DNA from: an uncultured virus (IMG/VR IMGVR_UViG_3300027793_000064)
Lineage: Duplodnaviria > Heunggongvirae > Uroviricota > Caudoviricetes
Strand: one strand, 5' to 3'
Length of the DNA stretch: 64,000 nucleotides
IMG/VR virus record: IMGVR_UViG_3300027793_000064
Part shown: in pieces, positions 1 through 8,614 of the stretch
Layout of the letters: each line of letters begins with the position of its first letter
How positions within the stretch are numbered: the first letter of the stretch is position 1
The notes under the pieces: model-generated
Told to the model about the DNA's origin: nothing
What the model saw: the letters and a program-made list of their open reading frames with translations, nothing else
Databases searched by the model: none
Made by a program: the position numbers and the translations under genes

Positions 1-465
1 CCAGAAGTTATAAATCCAACTACAGCATTATCAACATAACCTTCAGACGCTAGACCAACTAAAGAACCAGAAGTTATAAATCCAACTACAGCATTATCAA
101 CATAACCTTCAGACGCTAGACCAACTAAAGAACCAGAAGTTATAAATCCAACTACAGCATTATCAACATAACCTTCAGACGCTAGACCAACTATAGAAGG
201 AATAAGAGGTTTATTTGATAAGTCGTTATAATTTCCAGAGAATGTAGAAATAGCAACTAGATTATCAACATAACCTTCAGTAGCGTAACCAACTAAAGAA
301 CCAGAAGTTATAAATCCAACTAGATTATCAACATAACCTTCAGTAGCGTAACCAACTAAAGAACCAGAAGTTATAAATCCAACTACAGCATTATCAACAT
401 AACCTTCAGACGCTAGACCAACTACAGCATTATCAACATAACCTTCAGTAGCGTATCCAACTAAA
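1..465. repeat. Coding tandem repeat, 66-bp unit with shorter variants
   Basis: ccagaagttataaatccaactacagcattatcaacataaccttcagacgctagaccaactaaagaa repeats at 1, 67 and 133, with variant copies at ~255-465. Confidence 0.95.
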
Positions 466-1436
466 CTTTGGGGAGTATAAGTAAAAACTCCAGTTGTATT
501 ATCATAAGATAAATCTGAAATTCCAGGAGATGAAACACTAACAGATAAATCCGTTAGATCTATTCCTGTTTGATCTGTTATAGAAACAAATTCAAATTTT
601 TCAAGTGAATGATTATACTTGAGAAACTTTCCATTATAAGCACTTGCATTTGTAGCAATGCCAACAATATCATCAAGATACTTCAATCTTACTTCACCGC
701 CTCCCCCCACAGAGGCAAGTTGCTCTTGAAGTCTTCCTACAAGAAGTTGATAATGATTTTTTAATTGTTCAAAAGTTACAGGAGATTGTAGTAAAGGATC
801 ATTAGTATTTTTATCATTCAGATTTTCAGATAAAACTTTGTATTTATAGGCAAGATCTTGTAATTTATTTTCAATTGCAACTAAACCATTTGGTTTCTTC
901 TTAATTTCTTTGAATATTTCTTCTCTCAAAGATACAATGTCGTTAGAGTAAGTAGAAACATACTTTTCTACTGCAATCTGTATTTCACTATTATACAGAC
1001 TCTTAACAAAAGATCTGGCATTAAAAACTTCTTCAGTTATTACTTCTTTATATAACTCTTCTATTTTTTCTTTAGTATCTTTAACTTGATCCTCAAAATG
1101 TTCGCAAAGTTCCTTTTTTAAATTACTAATCCTAGTTTCAACACGAAGTTCCGAAGTATTTACTTGTTTCTTGTATTTTGGAATTTCATTTTCAATGAGA
1201 TCACCAACAACTTTATAAAGTTCTACTAAATCCTCTTTTACTTCGACGATTTGATTTTTACCAGATGTTAATAATTGCTCTTGAATATTTTTAAATACGC
1301 CGTCAATATTAGAAAAAGACAACGAAATATTCTCCTCAAGATCGCTACAATGATCTTGAGATATTTGTTCTACCTGTTCACTCAAGGTTGAAACTTTTTC
1401 TATTCCAAAAAAATCTGAAGGTTTTTTAAGCGCCAC
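1..1436 (-). CDS. Partial (3'-truncated by window edge) coiled-coil/fibre-like virion protein with tandem 22-aa repeats
   Basis: Not in ORF track (no stop in window). GTG at 1434-1436, MALKKPSDFFG...; coiled-coil region, then GGGGEVRLKYLDDIVG, then repeats SLVG(L/Y)A(S/T)EGYVDNAVVGFITSG in the same frame to the edge. Confidence 0.75.
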   Translation of the reverse strand, partial: MALKKPSDFFGIEKVSTLSEQVEQISQDHCSDLEENISLSFSNIDGVFKNIQEQLLTSGKNQIVEVKEDLVELYKVVGDLIENEIPKYKKQVNTSELRVETRISNLKKELCEHFEDQVKDTKEKIEELYKEVITEEVFNARSFVKSLYNSEIQIAVEKYVSTYSNDIVSLREEIFKEIKKKPNGLVAIENKLQDLAYKYKVLSENLNDKNTNDPLLQSPVTFEQLKNHYQLLVGRLQEQLASVGGGGEVRLKYLDDIVGIATNASAYNGKFLKYNHSLEKFEFVSITDQTGIDLTDLSVSVSSPGISDLSYDNTTGVFTYTPQSLVGYATEGYVDNAVVGLASEGYVDNAVVGFITSGSLVGYATEGYVDNLVGFITSGSLVGYATEGYVDNLVAISTFSGNYNDLSNKPLIPSIVGLASEGYVDNAVVGFITSGSLVGLASEGYVDNAVVGFITSGSLVGLASEGYVDNAVVGFITS

Positions 1437-1473
1437 TATTATTACAATATACCTATACAGATATTTATTCTAC

Positions 1474-1481
1474 TATAAATA
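1474..1481 (+). promoter_or_regulatory. T4-type late promoter TATAAATA
   Basis: Exact TATAAATA just upstream of the plus-strand small-gene cluster. Confidence 0.65.
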
Positions 1482-1500
1482 TCTAAATATGACAACTAAA

Positions 1501-1602
1501 ATGTCTAAGTCGCCAAACAAGAAATCCAACAAAGGAGCTTCAAAACAAAATCAAGGCAATGCGACTGCTAAAAAAGCAAAAAACGGCGGAAAGAAAAAGT
1601 GA
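1501..1602 (+). CDS. Small Lys-rich hypothetical protein (33 aa)
   Basis: MSKSPNKKSNKGASKQNQGNATAKKAKNGGKKK read manually; alternative in-frame ATG at 1489. Confidence 0.55.
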   Translation: MSKSPNKKSNKGASKQNQGNATAKKAKNGGKKK

Positions 1603-1611
1603 GGTGTCACC

Positions 1612-1803
1612 TTGCCAAGAGAATGGAATACTCCCAAAAGGGAACCTTGGAATGCTCCTATTCATAATATCCTAAAAGCAATAGATAATCATACTCAAGA
1701 ATATTTCAAGAGTGGTGATATTTGGCATCTAGAAAAAGCAGATATGTTGAGACAATACTTAAGAGAACTTAAGAGTTGGATACATAAGCAAGAAGGCAGA
1801 TAA
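1612..1803 (+). CDS. Hypothetical protein
   Basis: ORF track; GAGG RBS before TTG start. Confidence 0.7.
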   Translation: MPREWNTPKREPWNAPIHNILKAIDNHTQEYFKSGDIWHLEKADMLRQYLRELKSWIHKQEGR

Positions 1804-1805
1804 AA

Positions 1806-1949
1806 ATGGATGAGGTAGTTTGGAGCATTATTATTATGTTAGGTATTGGATTATCTGGAACTTTATGGATAATTTACTACATACTTAAGATGGCAAACGA
1901 CGAATCAAATGTATCAATACAAAATCAAAAAAATCACAAAGATAGTTGA
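1806..1949 (+). CDS. Small single-pass membrane protein (47 aa)
   Basis: MDEVVWSIIIMLGIGLSGTLWIIYYIL... read manually; fills the gap between neighbours. Confidence 0.5.
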   Translation: MDEVVWSIIIMLGIGLSGTLWIIYYILKMANDESNVSIQNQKNHKDS

Positions 1950-2253
1950 TGGCGATACTGTTGATTTAGATATTGATTTGGGGTTTTCATTGACAATTTC
2001 ACATAGAGTTCGTCTTAAAGGTGTCAATGCACCAGAAAGCAAAACAACAGACTTAAAAGAAAAAGAAAAAGGACTTACAGCTAAAGCGTGGTTAACAGAA
2101 CAACTATCTAAAAAGGGTGAATGGACTATTACAACACATAAAGAAGATAAATATGGAAGAATACTTGGTATTCTTCATCGTACAGAAGATACATTTACAA
2201 TAAACGAAAAAATGTTGATGGAAGGTATTGCCATACCTTACATGCAAGAATGA
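1909..2253 (+). CDS. Thermonuclease (SNase)-family nuclease
   Basis: Motifs VDGDT, RVRLKGVNAPE, DKYGRILG. Confidence 0.85.
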   Translation: MYQYKIKKITKIVDGDTVDLDIDLGFSLTISHRVRLKGVNAPESKTTDLKEKEKGLTAKAWLTEQLSKKGEWTITTHKEDKYGRILGILHRTEDTFTINEKMLMEGIAIPYMQE

Positions 2254-2420
2254 AAAGATTATTTCTTATTGGATTGTTGGTTATAAGACTCATCACCAAC
2301 GAAGGCGTATTCAATGAAGGAAGAAGACCTCAACCAAAAAGACAATTTCCAGAAATCATTCGATTCATCAGAAGACCCGCCAAGCGTGGTAGGAAAAAAG
2401 CACGGTTCATTATTGAATAA
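2250..2420 (+). CDS. Small basic hypothetical protein (56 aa)
   Basis: ATGA overlap with the SNase stop; MKRLFLIGLLVIRLITNEGVF... Confidence 0.5.
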   Translation: MKRLFLIGLLVIRLITNEGVFNEGRRPQPKRQFPEIIRFIRRPAKRGRKKARFIIE

Positions 2421-2640
2421 ACTTATTTTTGTAATCTGCTGTGCTGTAATTGGATTTGTTGGAATCAACTTCATTGCTTGCAATTTTATGGTCCCAGGTA
2501 CAATCAATAGTGCTAATGTAAAAGGAGACCTAAAAAATCCCCCTCCTTTGGACTGCAAAGAATCCGAAAGAAGAGGGTATGAAACACTCTTGACAATTTT
2601 AACTACAGTGATTGCATTGAGAACTAAAGTCGAAGATTGA
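2314..2640 (+). CDS. Hypothetical membrane protein (true start possibly GTG at ~2386)
   Basis: Hydrophobic segments LIFVICCAVIGFVGINFIAC and LLTILTTVIAL. Confidence 0.65.
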   Translation: MKEEDLNQKDNFQKSFDSSEDPPSVVGKKHGSLLNKLIFVICCAVIGFVGINFIACNFMVPGTINSANVKGDLKNPPPLDCKESERRGYETLLTILTTVIALRTKVED

Positions 2641-2641
2641 T

Positions 2642-2884
2642 ATGAAAAACATCAGTGCATTCACAATAGTTAGATTAGTAATCTTAGGATGGTCTGCTTC
2701 TTTACTAACCTTAGGTTACATGGATTATTTAAAAAAAATGGATGCTACTTTCATAGCATCCGTCTTTACTTCTACTTTGGCAACCTTTGGTGTTGATGCT
2801 GCTAACAGAAAATCAAAGACCAGCCTTAACAAATCTGTAGATTGTGATACCTGCAGATCCAAGAGTAGCGAAGAGAGCACCTAA
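2642..2884 (+). CDS. Two-TM membrane protein, holin candidate
   Basis: Two hydrophobic helices and a charged tail; close to endolysin genes. Confidence 0.55.
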   Translation: MKNISAFTIVRLVILGWSASLLTLGYMDYLKKMDATFIASVFTSTLATFGVDAANRKSKTSLNKSVDCDTCRSKSSEEST

Positions 2885-3592
2885 ACTACTAAAGAAACCT
2901 GATATCTTTTCTTCTAAAGGTTTTCTTTCTACATGGAATAATTCTCTATTTTCATAGATCCACTTCCACATAGGTATTCTCATATCTTCTGGGACTAAAG
3001 GATCAATCCAAGAACTTACTTCACTTTCCCTATCACCAACAAGAATACCACTCTTATTATAAGTGCGTATTCGTGCGATATTATACTCTCCAGTATAATC
3101 TACTTGTTTGTTAGCAATCTCATCAGCAACCCAGAAATCTATGTCTGCTTGAACTCGTTCATAATGAGTTTTCATGAAAGTTACATCTAACTCAACATCA
3201 CCATTTTCTGGGCGATAAGGATGTGATACGCCATTCACGCAAACTTCAAGTGTTCCTGGATGTAATTTATTTTGTGTTGGAAATACTTGACAGATTAATG
3301 GGTTTGGAATCAACCAAGATGTTTTTGTTAAAGCAAAATATGGAATACCAATAGCAAGTGTGATTGGTATTCCAAAAGCAAGTATTCTTTTTCTGTGACT
3401 ATTGATTAAAGTTGTTGCCGCTTCACCTAAGTCTTTTGTTCTAGCAGCGTGGATTACCAAAAGATTACGAAATGCTTGTAGTCTTTTACGAAATCCTAGG
3501 TCATATTTGGACTCTTCGGCAGCAAGTATCATTCTATCCAGCTTCTGTAACAAGACGACATGATCTGTGTCGTTACAGGTTGGTGATGACAT
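2813..3592 (-). CDS. Hypothetical membrane protein
   Basis: 259-aa ORF with an internal and a C-terminal hydrophobic helix; ATAAATA late-promoter-like motif at ~3617-3623. Confidence 0.75.
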   Translation of the reverse strand: MSSPTCNDTDHVVLLQKLDRMILAAEESKYDLGFRKRLQAFRNLLVIHAARTKDLGEAATTLINSHRKRILAFGIPITLAIGIPYFALTKTSWLIPNPLICQVFPTQNKLHPGTLEVCVNGVSHPYRPENGDVELDVTFMKTHYERVQADIDFWVADEIANKQVDYTGEYNIARIRTYNKSGILVGDRESEVSSWIDPLVPEDMRIPMWKWIYENRELFHVERKPLEEKISGFFSSLGALFATLGSAGITIYRFVKAGL

Positions 3593-3636
3593 TTATTGGG
3601 TATTGGACGATAATACTATTTATCTGATGTAACAAA

Positions 3637-4251
3637 TTATGAAGACCAAAGTTTACCTTCTGCTTTTCTTCTTCTTGCTAATCCTGCCTCTACATTACTT
3701 CCAGGATTTCTATAAAGATACAAGGCATCAGGAACTTTATTCCATTCCTTATTCTTCAAGACTTTTGTAATAGTATTGAAGTTAGTTCCACCATAAAAAC
3801 CTGCACCAAGATTATATGCAAAAGAAAGTAAAGCCCCTCTTTGGTTGTCATTCATCTCACTCCAGTAAGGTATTTTTTGCAGTGCAGGAAGAAACTCTCT
3901 ACGAAGTTGAAAATACAAAAGATCATCCGCTTCATCTTGAGTAATTTTATTCCCAATCATAAAACGAGTTCCATCTTTTCTACGAGTACTTCCCCATCCA
4001 ATAGTAATTGGAAGTCCGCCAGTAAGAGGATCATAATATGCTTTTAGATGACATCCTTCAAATTCTTTAATTAAATTCACTCCAGGAATTGGAAGACCAT
4101 CTAGAGTTGGTTCTATTTTTTGATTACGATATCTTCTGGCAAACTCATCTAAAATTTCTTTATGTACTGATGCCTGAAGAAATGCCCAGGCATCATTTTG
4201 ATGCGGCAAACCTTTATGGTTTTCCGCAGCATCGATAAATTTTATAGTCAT
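3637..4251 (-). CDS. Lysozyme (GH24 muramidase) endolysin with N-terminal extra domain
   Basis: Catalytic EFEG-x-YYD-x-TIGWG, FAYNLG, GLARRRKAE; ATG at 4251 overlaps the upstream stop (ATGA). Confidence 0.9.
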   Translation of the reverse strand: MTIKFIDAAENHKGLPHQNDAWAFLQASVHKEILDEFARRYRNQKIEPTLDGLPIPGVNLIKEFEGCHLKAYYDPLTGGLPITIGWGSTRRKDGTRFMIGNKITQDEADDLLYFQLRREFLPALQKIPYWSEMNDNQRGALLSFAYNLGAGFYGGTNFNTITKVLKNKEWNKVPDALYLYRNPGSNVEAGLARRRKAEGKLWSS

Positions 4252-4940
4252 GAGAATATTCTTCCCCACCCAGATTTAGGACCATCTGGAGTCCATCTTT
4301 TTTCCAAAACAGATCTTTTATAAATTGCACCTTTACCATTATAAACAGATCCAGTATATCCATCATTCAAAGATCCATACGGATCATTTACAACATAATC
4401 ACCAGATGGAGTCTTACCAACCACTACAACCATGTGCCCGCCAGTAGGTGCAGATAAAGAGCCCCTATGAAGAATCCCGATAACAACAGGTCTCCCAGCG
4501 GCAAGCTCAAGATCAAGATCATCAAAAGATAAACTGTAACTAAAGTGTGACTTAATACCATAAGACGCCAGAACTTTGGTTTGAACCAAATGATCTGTTG
4601 AGTCACCAAGTGAAAATACCTTTTGAATATAGGCATCATCGCCTTTTGGTCCCTTGAGTGTGCCAGGTTTGAAATATTCTAATACCATAGCACAAGCAGA
4701 TGAATTACAGGTTCTATTTGCATCTCTGTAATTATCTGTCTGTGGAAAATAAGGAACATCAAGAACTGATGATTTTGGTTTTTCGGGTTGAGTTCTATAG
4801 ATTCTAACCCAATTAGCAGAATCTTCCATTTCTTCTGGTGCTTTCTTGTCGAGCACCTTTTCGAACTCCTCTACAGCAGCAACATGTTTGGGATTATTGG
4901 AATCAAAATATTTGAAAAAATTATGGAGATCGATTTTCAT
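4248..4940 (-). CDS. C39-like cysteine peptidase (putative peptidoglycan hydrolase)
   Basis: VPYFPQ...TCNSSACAM (Cys), GGHMVVVVG (His), VNDPYG (Asp). Confidence 0.85.
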   Translation of the reverse strand: MKIDLHNFFKYFDSNNPKHVAAVEEFEKVLDKKAPEEMEDSANWVRIYRTQPEKPKSSVLDVPYFPQTDNYRDANRTCNSSACAMVLEYFKPGTLKGPKGDDAYIQKVFSLGDSTDHLVQTKVLASYGIKSHFSYSLSFDDLDLELAAGRPVVIGILHRGSLSAPTGGHMVVVVGKTPSGDYVVNDPYGSLNDGYTGSVYNGKGAIYKRSVLEKRWTPDGPKSGWGRIFS

Positions 4941-4942
4941 AT

Positions 4943-5101
4943 TTAATACCTAAATTCTTCTAATCTATCTAGTAACTCATTTAAGTGCCTATTTGCTAAT
5001 GCCTTTGGGTCACTAGTATAATATGATTCAGATATAAGTTTATGTTTTTGCTTCAATATTAAGACTTTAATTTCATCTTTTGTTATTTGATTTCTTGACA
5101 T
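4943..5101 (-). CDS. Hypothetical protein (52 aa)
   Basis: MSRNQITKDEIKVLILKQK...LEEFRY read manually. Confidence 0.55.
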   Translation of the reverse strand: MSRNQITKDEIKVLILKQKHKLISESYYTSDPKALANRHLNELLDRLEEFRY

Positions 5102-5106
5102 AAACA

Positions 5107-5142
5107 AAAAAAACTCTGCCACTTATTTAGAGGCAGAGTTTG
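5107..5142 (-). terminator. Intrinsic terminator
   Basis: aaactctgcc/ggcagagttt stem with A-tract; loop contains CTAAATA on the minus strand. Confidence 0.65.
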
Positions 5143-5163
5143 AAATTTTATGAAGGTTTGTGC

Positions 5164-5283
5164 TCAGAATACACCAGGAATTACTTGACCGGTAGTAAGA
5201 TATGTTCCAACTGCAATCACAAATCCAAGCATCGCAAGACGACCATTCCAACGCTCAGCAGTTTCAGTAAAAATTTTAGTCAT
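5164..5283 (-). CDS. hli: High-light-inducible protein (39 aa)
   Basis: MTKIFTETAERWNGRLAMLGF...TGQVIPGVF; AExxNGRxAMxGF chlorophyll-binding motif; below the ORF-track size cutoff. Confidence 0.92.
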   Translation of the reverse strand: MTKIFTETAERWNGRLAMLGFVIAVGTYLTTGQVIPGVF

Positions 5284-5288
5284 TGTTT

Positions 5289-5558
5289 TTATCCTTGATA
5301 AGGGTGTTGTTGTTTAAGTACAGAATTTGGTTGTGAAGGAACAACTGGGTTCCTTGATTTATTTTTAATAACGATGAAAGCATCGTTTTGATATGTTACT
5401 GTTCCAAATGGTTTTGCCCATTTTGGATTTGCCTCTGGGCTAGTAGGAGTTCCAGTAACTGCCACTCCACCAATTTCAACTGAGATATTATCATCTTTAT
5501 CCCATCCAAGTGTTTCAAGAGCAATTGCAAATTGCCCTAGCATACCAGCAGTGCTCAC
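5289..5558 (-). CDS. Hypothetical cyanophage protein
   Basis: ORF track 5289..5615; likely GTG start at 5558 overlapping the petF stop. Confidence 0.7.
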   Translation of the reverse strand: MSTAGMLGQFAIALETLGWDKDDNISVEIGGVAVTGTPTSPEANPKWAKPFGTVTYQNDAFIVIKNKSRNPVVPSQPNSVLKQQHPYQG

Positions 5559-5848
5559 AGATTTTCTTCCTGTTCGGTAAGAATCACACAATCGCTGGTG
5601 GGATATGCTACACAAGTCAGGATAAACCCATCAGCAATCTGATCATCATCAAGGAATGATTGCTCCTCATTATCTACGGTACCAGAAACTAGTTTACCTG
5701 CGCAAGAACTACAGGCACCAGCTCGACAGGAATAAAGCATCTCCAGACCTGCCTCTTCGGCAGCTTCTAGGATATATTGGTCATCAGCACACTGAATTAC
5801 ATTCTCAGTGCCGTCAGGGTTTTGAAGAGTAATGTTAAAGGTTGTCAT
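5555..5848 (-). CDS. petF: Plant-type [2Fe-2S] ferredoxin
   Basis: [10 protein letters not shown]...LTCVAYP. Confidence 0.97.
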   Translation of the reverse strand: MTTFNITLQNPDGTENVIQCADDQYILEAAEEAGLEMLYSCRAGACSSCAGKLVSGTVDNEEQSFLDDDQIADGFILTCVAYPTSDCVILTEQEENL

Positions 5849-5934
5849 CAGTAAGTTTCAGATAGTTTGTTTACAGAGTGCGCCAATAGAACGAGAAAGG
5901 CGACACTAGTTATTGTAAAGATAATTGGTGCCAT
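5848..5934 (-). CDS. Small hydrophobic protein (28 aa)
   Basis: [28 protein letters not shown]; stop overlaps the petF start. Confidence 0.5.
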   Translation of the reverse strand: MAPIIFTITSVAFLVLLAHSVNKLSETY

Positions 5935-5947
5935 TGTCAATCAATTG

Positions 5948-6157
5948 TCAGAAGATGCCGAAGAAGAGATTGCCAGTGAGAGCGTAAGAAATAGCACCAG
6001 CAACAATACCGACCATAGCCCAGCGTCCATTCATTTTCTCCGCCTTCTCGGCATAAGGTTCGATACCATAACGATCAAGATCTTCTTTTGTCATATACAT
6101 CGATGGTTCTTTAGCAAACATATTCATTTGCCCAAACTCATTTTTTGTTACCGTCAT
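5948..6157 (-). CDS. hli: High-light-inducible protein
   Basis: AEKMNGRWAMVG motif and TM helix. Confidence 0.92.
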   Translation of the reverse strand: MTVTKNEFGQMNMFAKEPSMYMTKEDLDRYGIEPYAEKAEKMNGRWAMVGIVAGAISYALTGNLFFGIF

Positions 6158-6183
6158 TGTGTTTTGTAAAGATTTACAACAAT

Positions 6184-6212
6184 AGTATATAGTAAAGAAG
6201 AGAGCCTGTCAA
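6184..6212 (-). promoter_or_regulatory. Sigma70-type early promoter for hli-petF-hli
   Basis: TTGACA-N17-TATACT. Confidence 0.8.
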
Positions 6213-6243
6213 GACCCTCTTGTTGCAGTTTTCTAACTGTCTA

Positions 6244-7713
6244 TCAGAACTTAAAGGTCGTTTGTAGGACCCCACCCCAGTTAGAGGAGTTGCCAGCAAG
6301 GCGCTGATTGTCGCTACCATAGATGATAGCAGGAGTGACGCTGATGTTATCAGACACTTGGTACTTGTAGAAGATTTCGAGCATCGTTGCCTTCTCAAGG
6401 TTCTCACCAGTAGGTGCCTGACCGATAGCAACACCAGCAGAGTTACCATTAATAAATACATCATCCCAAGTCAGACCAGCAAACCAGGACTGACTGTTGG
6501 TAGCAGCACTTTCAGTACCACTTACAGTATTCCAACCATAACCACCAGAGATAGAGGGAACCCAACCAGATTGAGTAGGTTGCCAATATGCGTTGATGGC
6601 ATAACCATTAGAGGTTTGCCCAGGAACCAGAGAACCAGAAGCACCGTTCAGACCGTTGTAGGTGCGAACGCGAGTGCCTTCAGTACCATAACGATAACCG
6701 AATGCAGCACCCCAGTTATCACCACGGTAACCAACTTGTGCCAAAGTATTAAGAGCACCAGACTTATCAAACTCACCAGTAGAACTATCGGCACCATTCT
6801 GTGCCACATAGTTTACACCAGCAACAAGACCTTTCTTACCATACTGGATACCAAAACCAGAACCAGTTGCCTTGTTATAAACGCCAGGAGCACCTGCTAC
6901 TTGGAAGAAGTCAAGAATGTTTGACTTGTAAGCAGTAGGAATCCAAGCAATCTCAGTATTACGAACCAGAGCACCAGCAGTCAGGGTAGTGCTACCGTTA
7001 AATACAGGGAACTGATAGAACAGACGGTCGATAACTACATTGTTACCAACTTCACTAGTAGTGTTGTCTGCCTTGTCGAGCTTAAAAATTGATGAACTGG
7101 AACCAAAAGGATCACCACTGAAGTTAGAAGAACGCAGACGAGTGCGTAGAAGGTCAGCACCAGTAAACGAAGTATCCAGATTCAAACGCAGATCATAGTT
7201 GAATGCAGTGCGAGTGATGTCGCCAGTTTTGGTCTGGTAGTCATCAACACCGCCGATCACGAAGTTTGCTTCACCACGCAGTTTGGTTGTGGTGGAGAAC
7301 TGTTGCGCTTCAAGAATAGTAACCTGTGCTTCCAGTTTATCTACACGACCACGAAGAACAGCAAGTTCTTGTGCGAATTCTGCTTGAAGGCGCTTCAGTT
7401 CATCAGTAACTTCGGTTACACGATCGAGGCAAGCATTCAGAAGTGCTGCTGCTTCATATCGAGTCATTGCACTACCACCACGGAAGGTGCCGTTAGGATA
7501 ACCAGCAACGCAACCATAACGCTCTACTAGTTGCGAAAGTGCCTGATATGCCCAGTCAGTTGGTTGTACATCAGAGAATTGAGTAACACTCGTGACCTGT
7601 TCTGAAGAGTATTGGCTGACTGCTGCCATGTTCAAGTCTTTGGCACCCGCAGCAACAGGAGTAACCATTCCTAGAGCAACAGGTGCAAGAATCAGTCGTT
7701 GAAAAAATTTCAT
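6244..7713 (-). CDS. Cyanobacterial SLH-domain outer-membrane porin (SomA/SomB type)
   Basis: Signal peptide MKFFQRLILAP, SLH domain FSDVQPTDWAYQAL...TRYEAAA, coiled coil, FSTTTKLRGE, terminal TTFKF. Confidence 0.93.
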   Translation of the reverse strand: MKFFQRLILAPVALGMVTPVAAGAKDLNMAAVSQYSSEQVTSVTQFSDVQPTDWAYQALSQLVERYGCVAGYPNGTFRGGSAMTRYEAAALLNACLDRVTEVTDELKRLQAEFAQELAVLRGRVDKLEAQVTILEAQQFSTTTKLRGEANFVIGGVDDYQTKTGDITRTAFNYDLRLNLDTSFTGADLLRTRLRSSNFSGDPFGSSSSIFKLDKADNTTSEVGNNVVIDRLFYQFPVFNGSTTLTAGALVRNTEIAWIPTAYKSNILDFFQVAGAPGVYNKATGSGFGIQYGKKGLVAGVNYVAQNGADSSTGEFDKSGALNTLAQVGYRGDNWGAAFGYRYGTEGTRVRTYNGLNGASGSLVPGQTSNGYAINAYWQPTQSGWVPSISGGYGWNTVSGTESAATNSQSWFAGLTWDDVFINGNSAGVAIGQAPTGENLEKATMLEIFYKYQVSDNISVTPAIIYGSDNQRLAGNSSNWGGVLQTTFKF

Positions 7714-7782
7714 AAAATTGTTTTTGTTTGTACTATAGAACAAAGTGTTAAGAATCACAACAGAATTCTTAACTGAGTATTT

Positions 7783-7811
7783 AGTATAGACTACTTTCAA
7801 AAATTTGTCAA
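7783..7811 (-). promoter_or_regulatory. Sigma70-type promoter for the porin gene
   Basis: TTGACA-N17-TATACT. Confidence 0.75.
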
Positions 7812-8614
7812 GTAGCTTGATTTGATGGTTCGGTAATCCGACCAAGATATGGATCAAATGATGTAATTTGATCTATGGTAAAATTCGCTCCCATTTGCTG
7901 CCAAAAATTTAATATTCCATTATAACTATTTTTATGAAAAATGTCTATGTGTTCTGGGTGAATCGAGGATCCGAGTTCGATCTTATAAAGAAAAATTGGT
8001 GTGGCATAAGTACACCCAGAATTATAGATCAAATCATCAGCAACAGGACGAGGTTTAACTCCATTGTCTAGCTTATACTTATCCCCACGAATATGGTATT
8101 TGATAAGTTTTTCTGCATGATGTCTTGTAATCACATAACAAGCAGTAGAAAAGTCATTAACAAATCTAGTGTGAATGGGAACCACAATATCTCCGGTACA
8201 AATAATAGCAAGTTGAATTACATCCCAACAATAAGGAACACGAGCAATAAAATCTGCCCATGTAAAATTCCAATAATGGGCCGTGCTAATATCGCAATCA
8301 TCCTCCATAATAATAGCATATGGACTATCAGAGGTATGATACCAATGATTGATTGCTTTCAAATGGGAAGTCACGCAGCCGATTTCTCCCGATGTCATCA
8401 TATCAGGATACTTTCCTTTTATAATATCACTTAGATCGTCATTTCTACCATCATAAGCAGAAATGCGAGTATAATCTTCTATTTCCCAGTACTTAAACTG
8501 ATCTTCCATGTACTGCCATCTTTCTGGCTGTCCATCAAGATTAATGCAGTAGACTGGACCAAAGTTTCTTAATTTGTATACTGATTTGTTTCTATCCATC
8601 ACATTCTTGTCCAT
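7808..8614 (-). CDS. Glycosyltransferase family 25
   Basis: YCINLD, GEIGCVTSH, IIMEDD. Confidence 0.85.
   Translation of the reverse strand: MDKNVMDRNKSVYKLRNFGPVYCINLDGQPERWQYMEDQFKYWEIEDYTRISAYDGRNDDLSDIIKGKYPDMMTSGEIGCVTSHLKAINHWYHTSDSPYAIIMEDDCDISTAHYWNFTWADFIARVPYCWDVIQLAIICTGDIVVPIHTRFVNDFSTACYVITRHHAEKLIKYHIRGDKYKLDNGVKPRPVADDLIYNSGCTYATPIFLYKIELGSSIHPEHIDIFHKNSYNGILNFWQQMGANFTIDQITSFDPYLGRITEPSNQAT

Noticed and set aside
1..465. Repeat array as CRISPR
   Set aside because: Units are contiguous and in-frame (multiples of 3) with no unique spacers; it is a coding repeat
6174..7530. Alternative-frame and antisense ORFs over the porin (6174-6464, 6358-6924, 7303-7530)
   Set aside because: Shadow ORFs from biased codon usage; no motifs or RBS
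7714..7857. N-terminal extension of the porin in the ORF track
   Set aside because: It spans the promoter and the upstream gene; the signal peptide begins at ATG 7713
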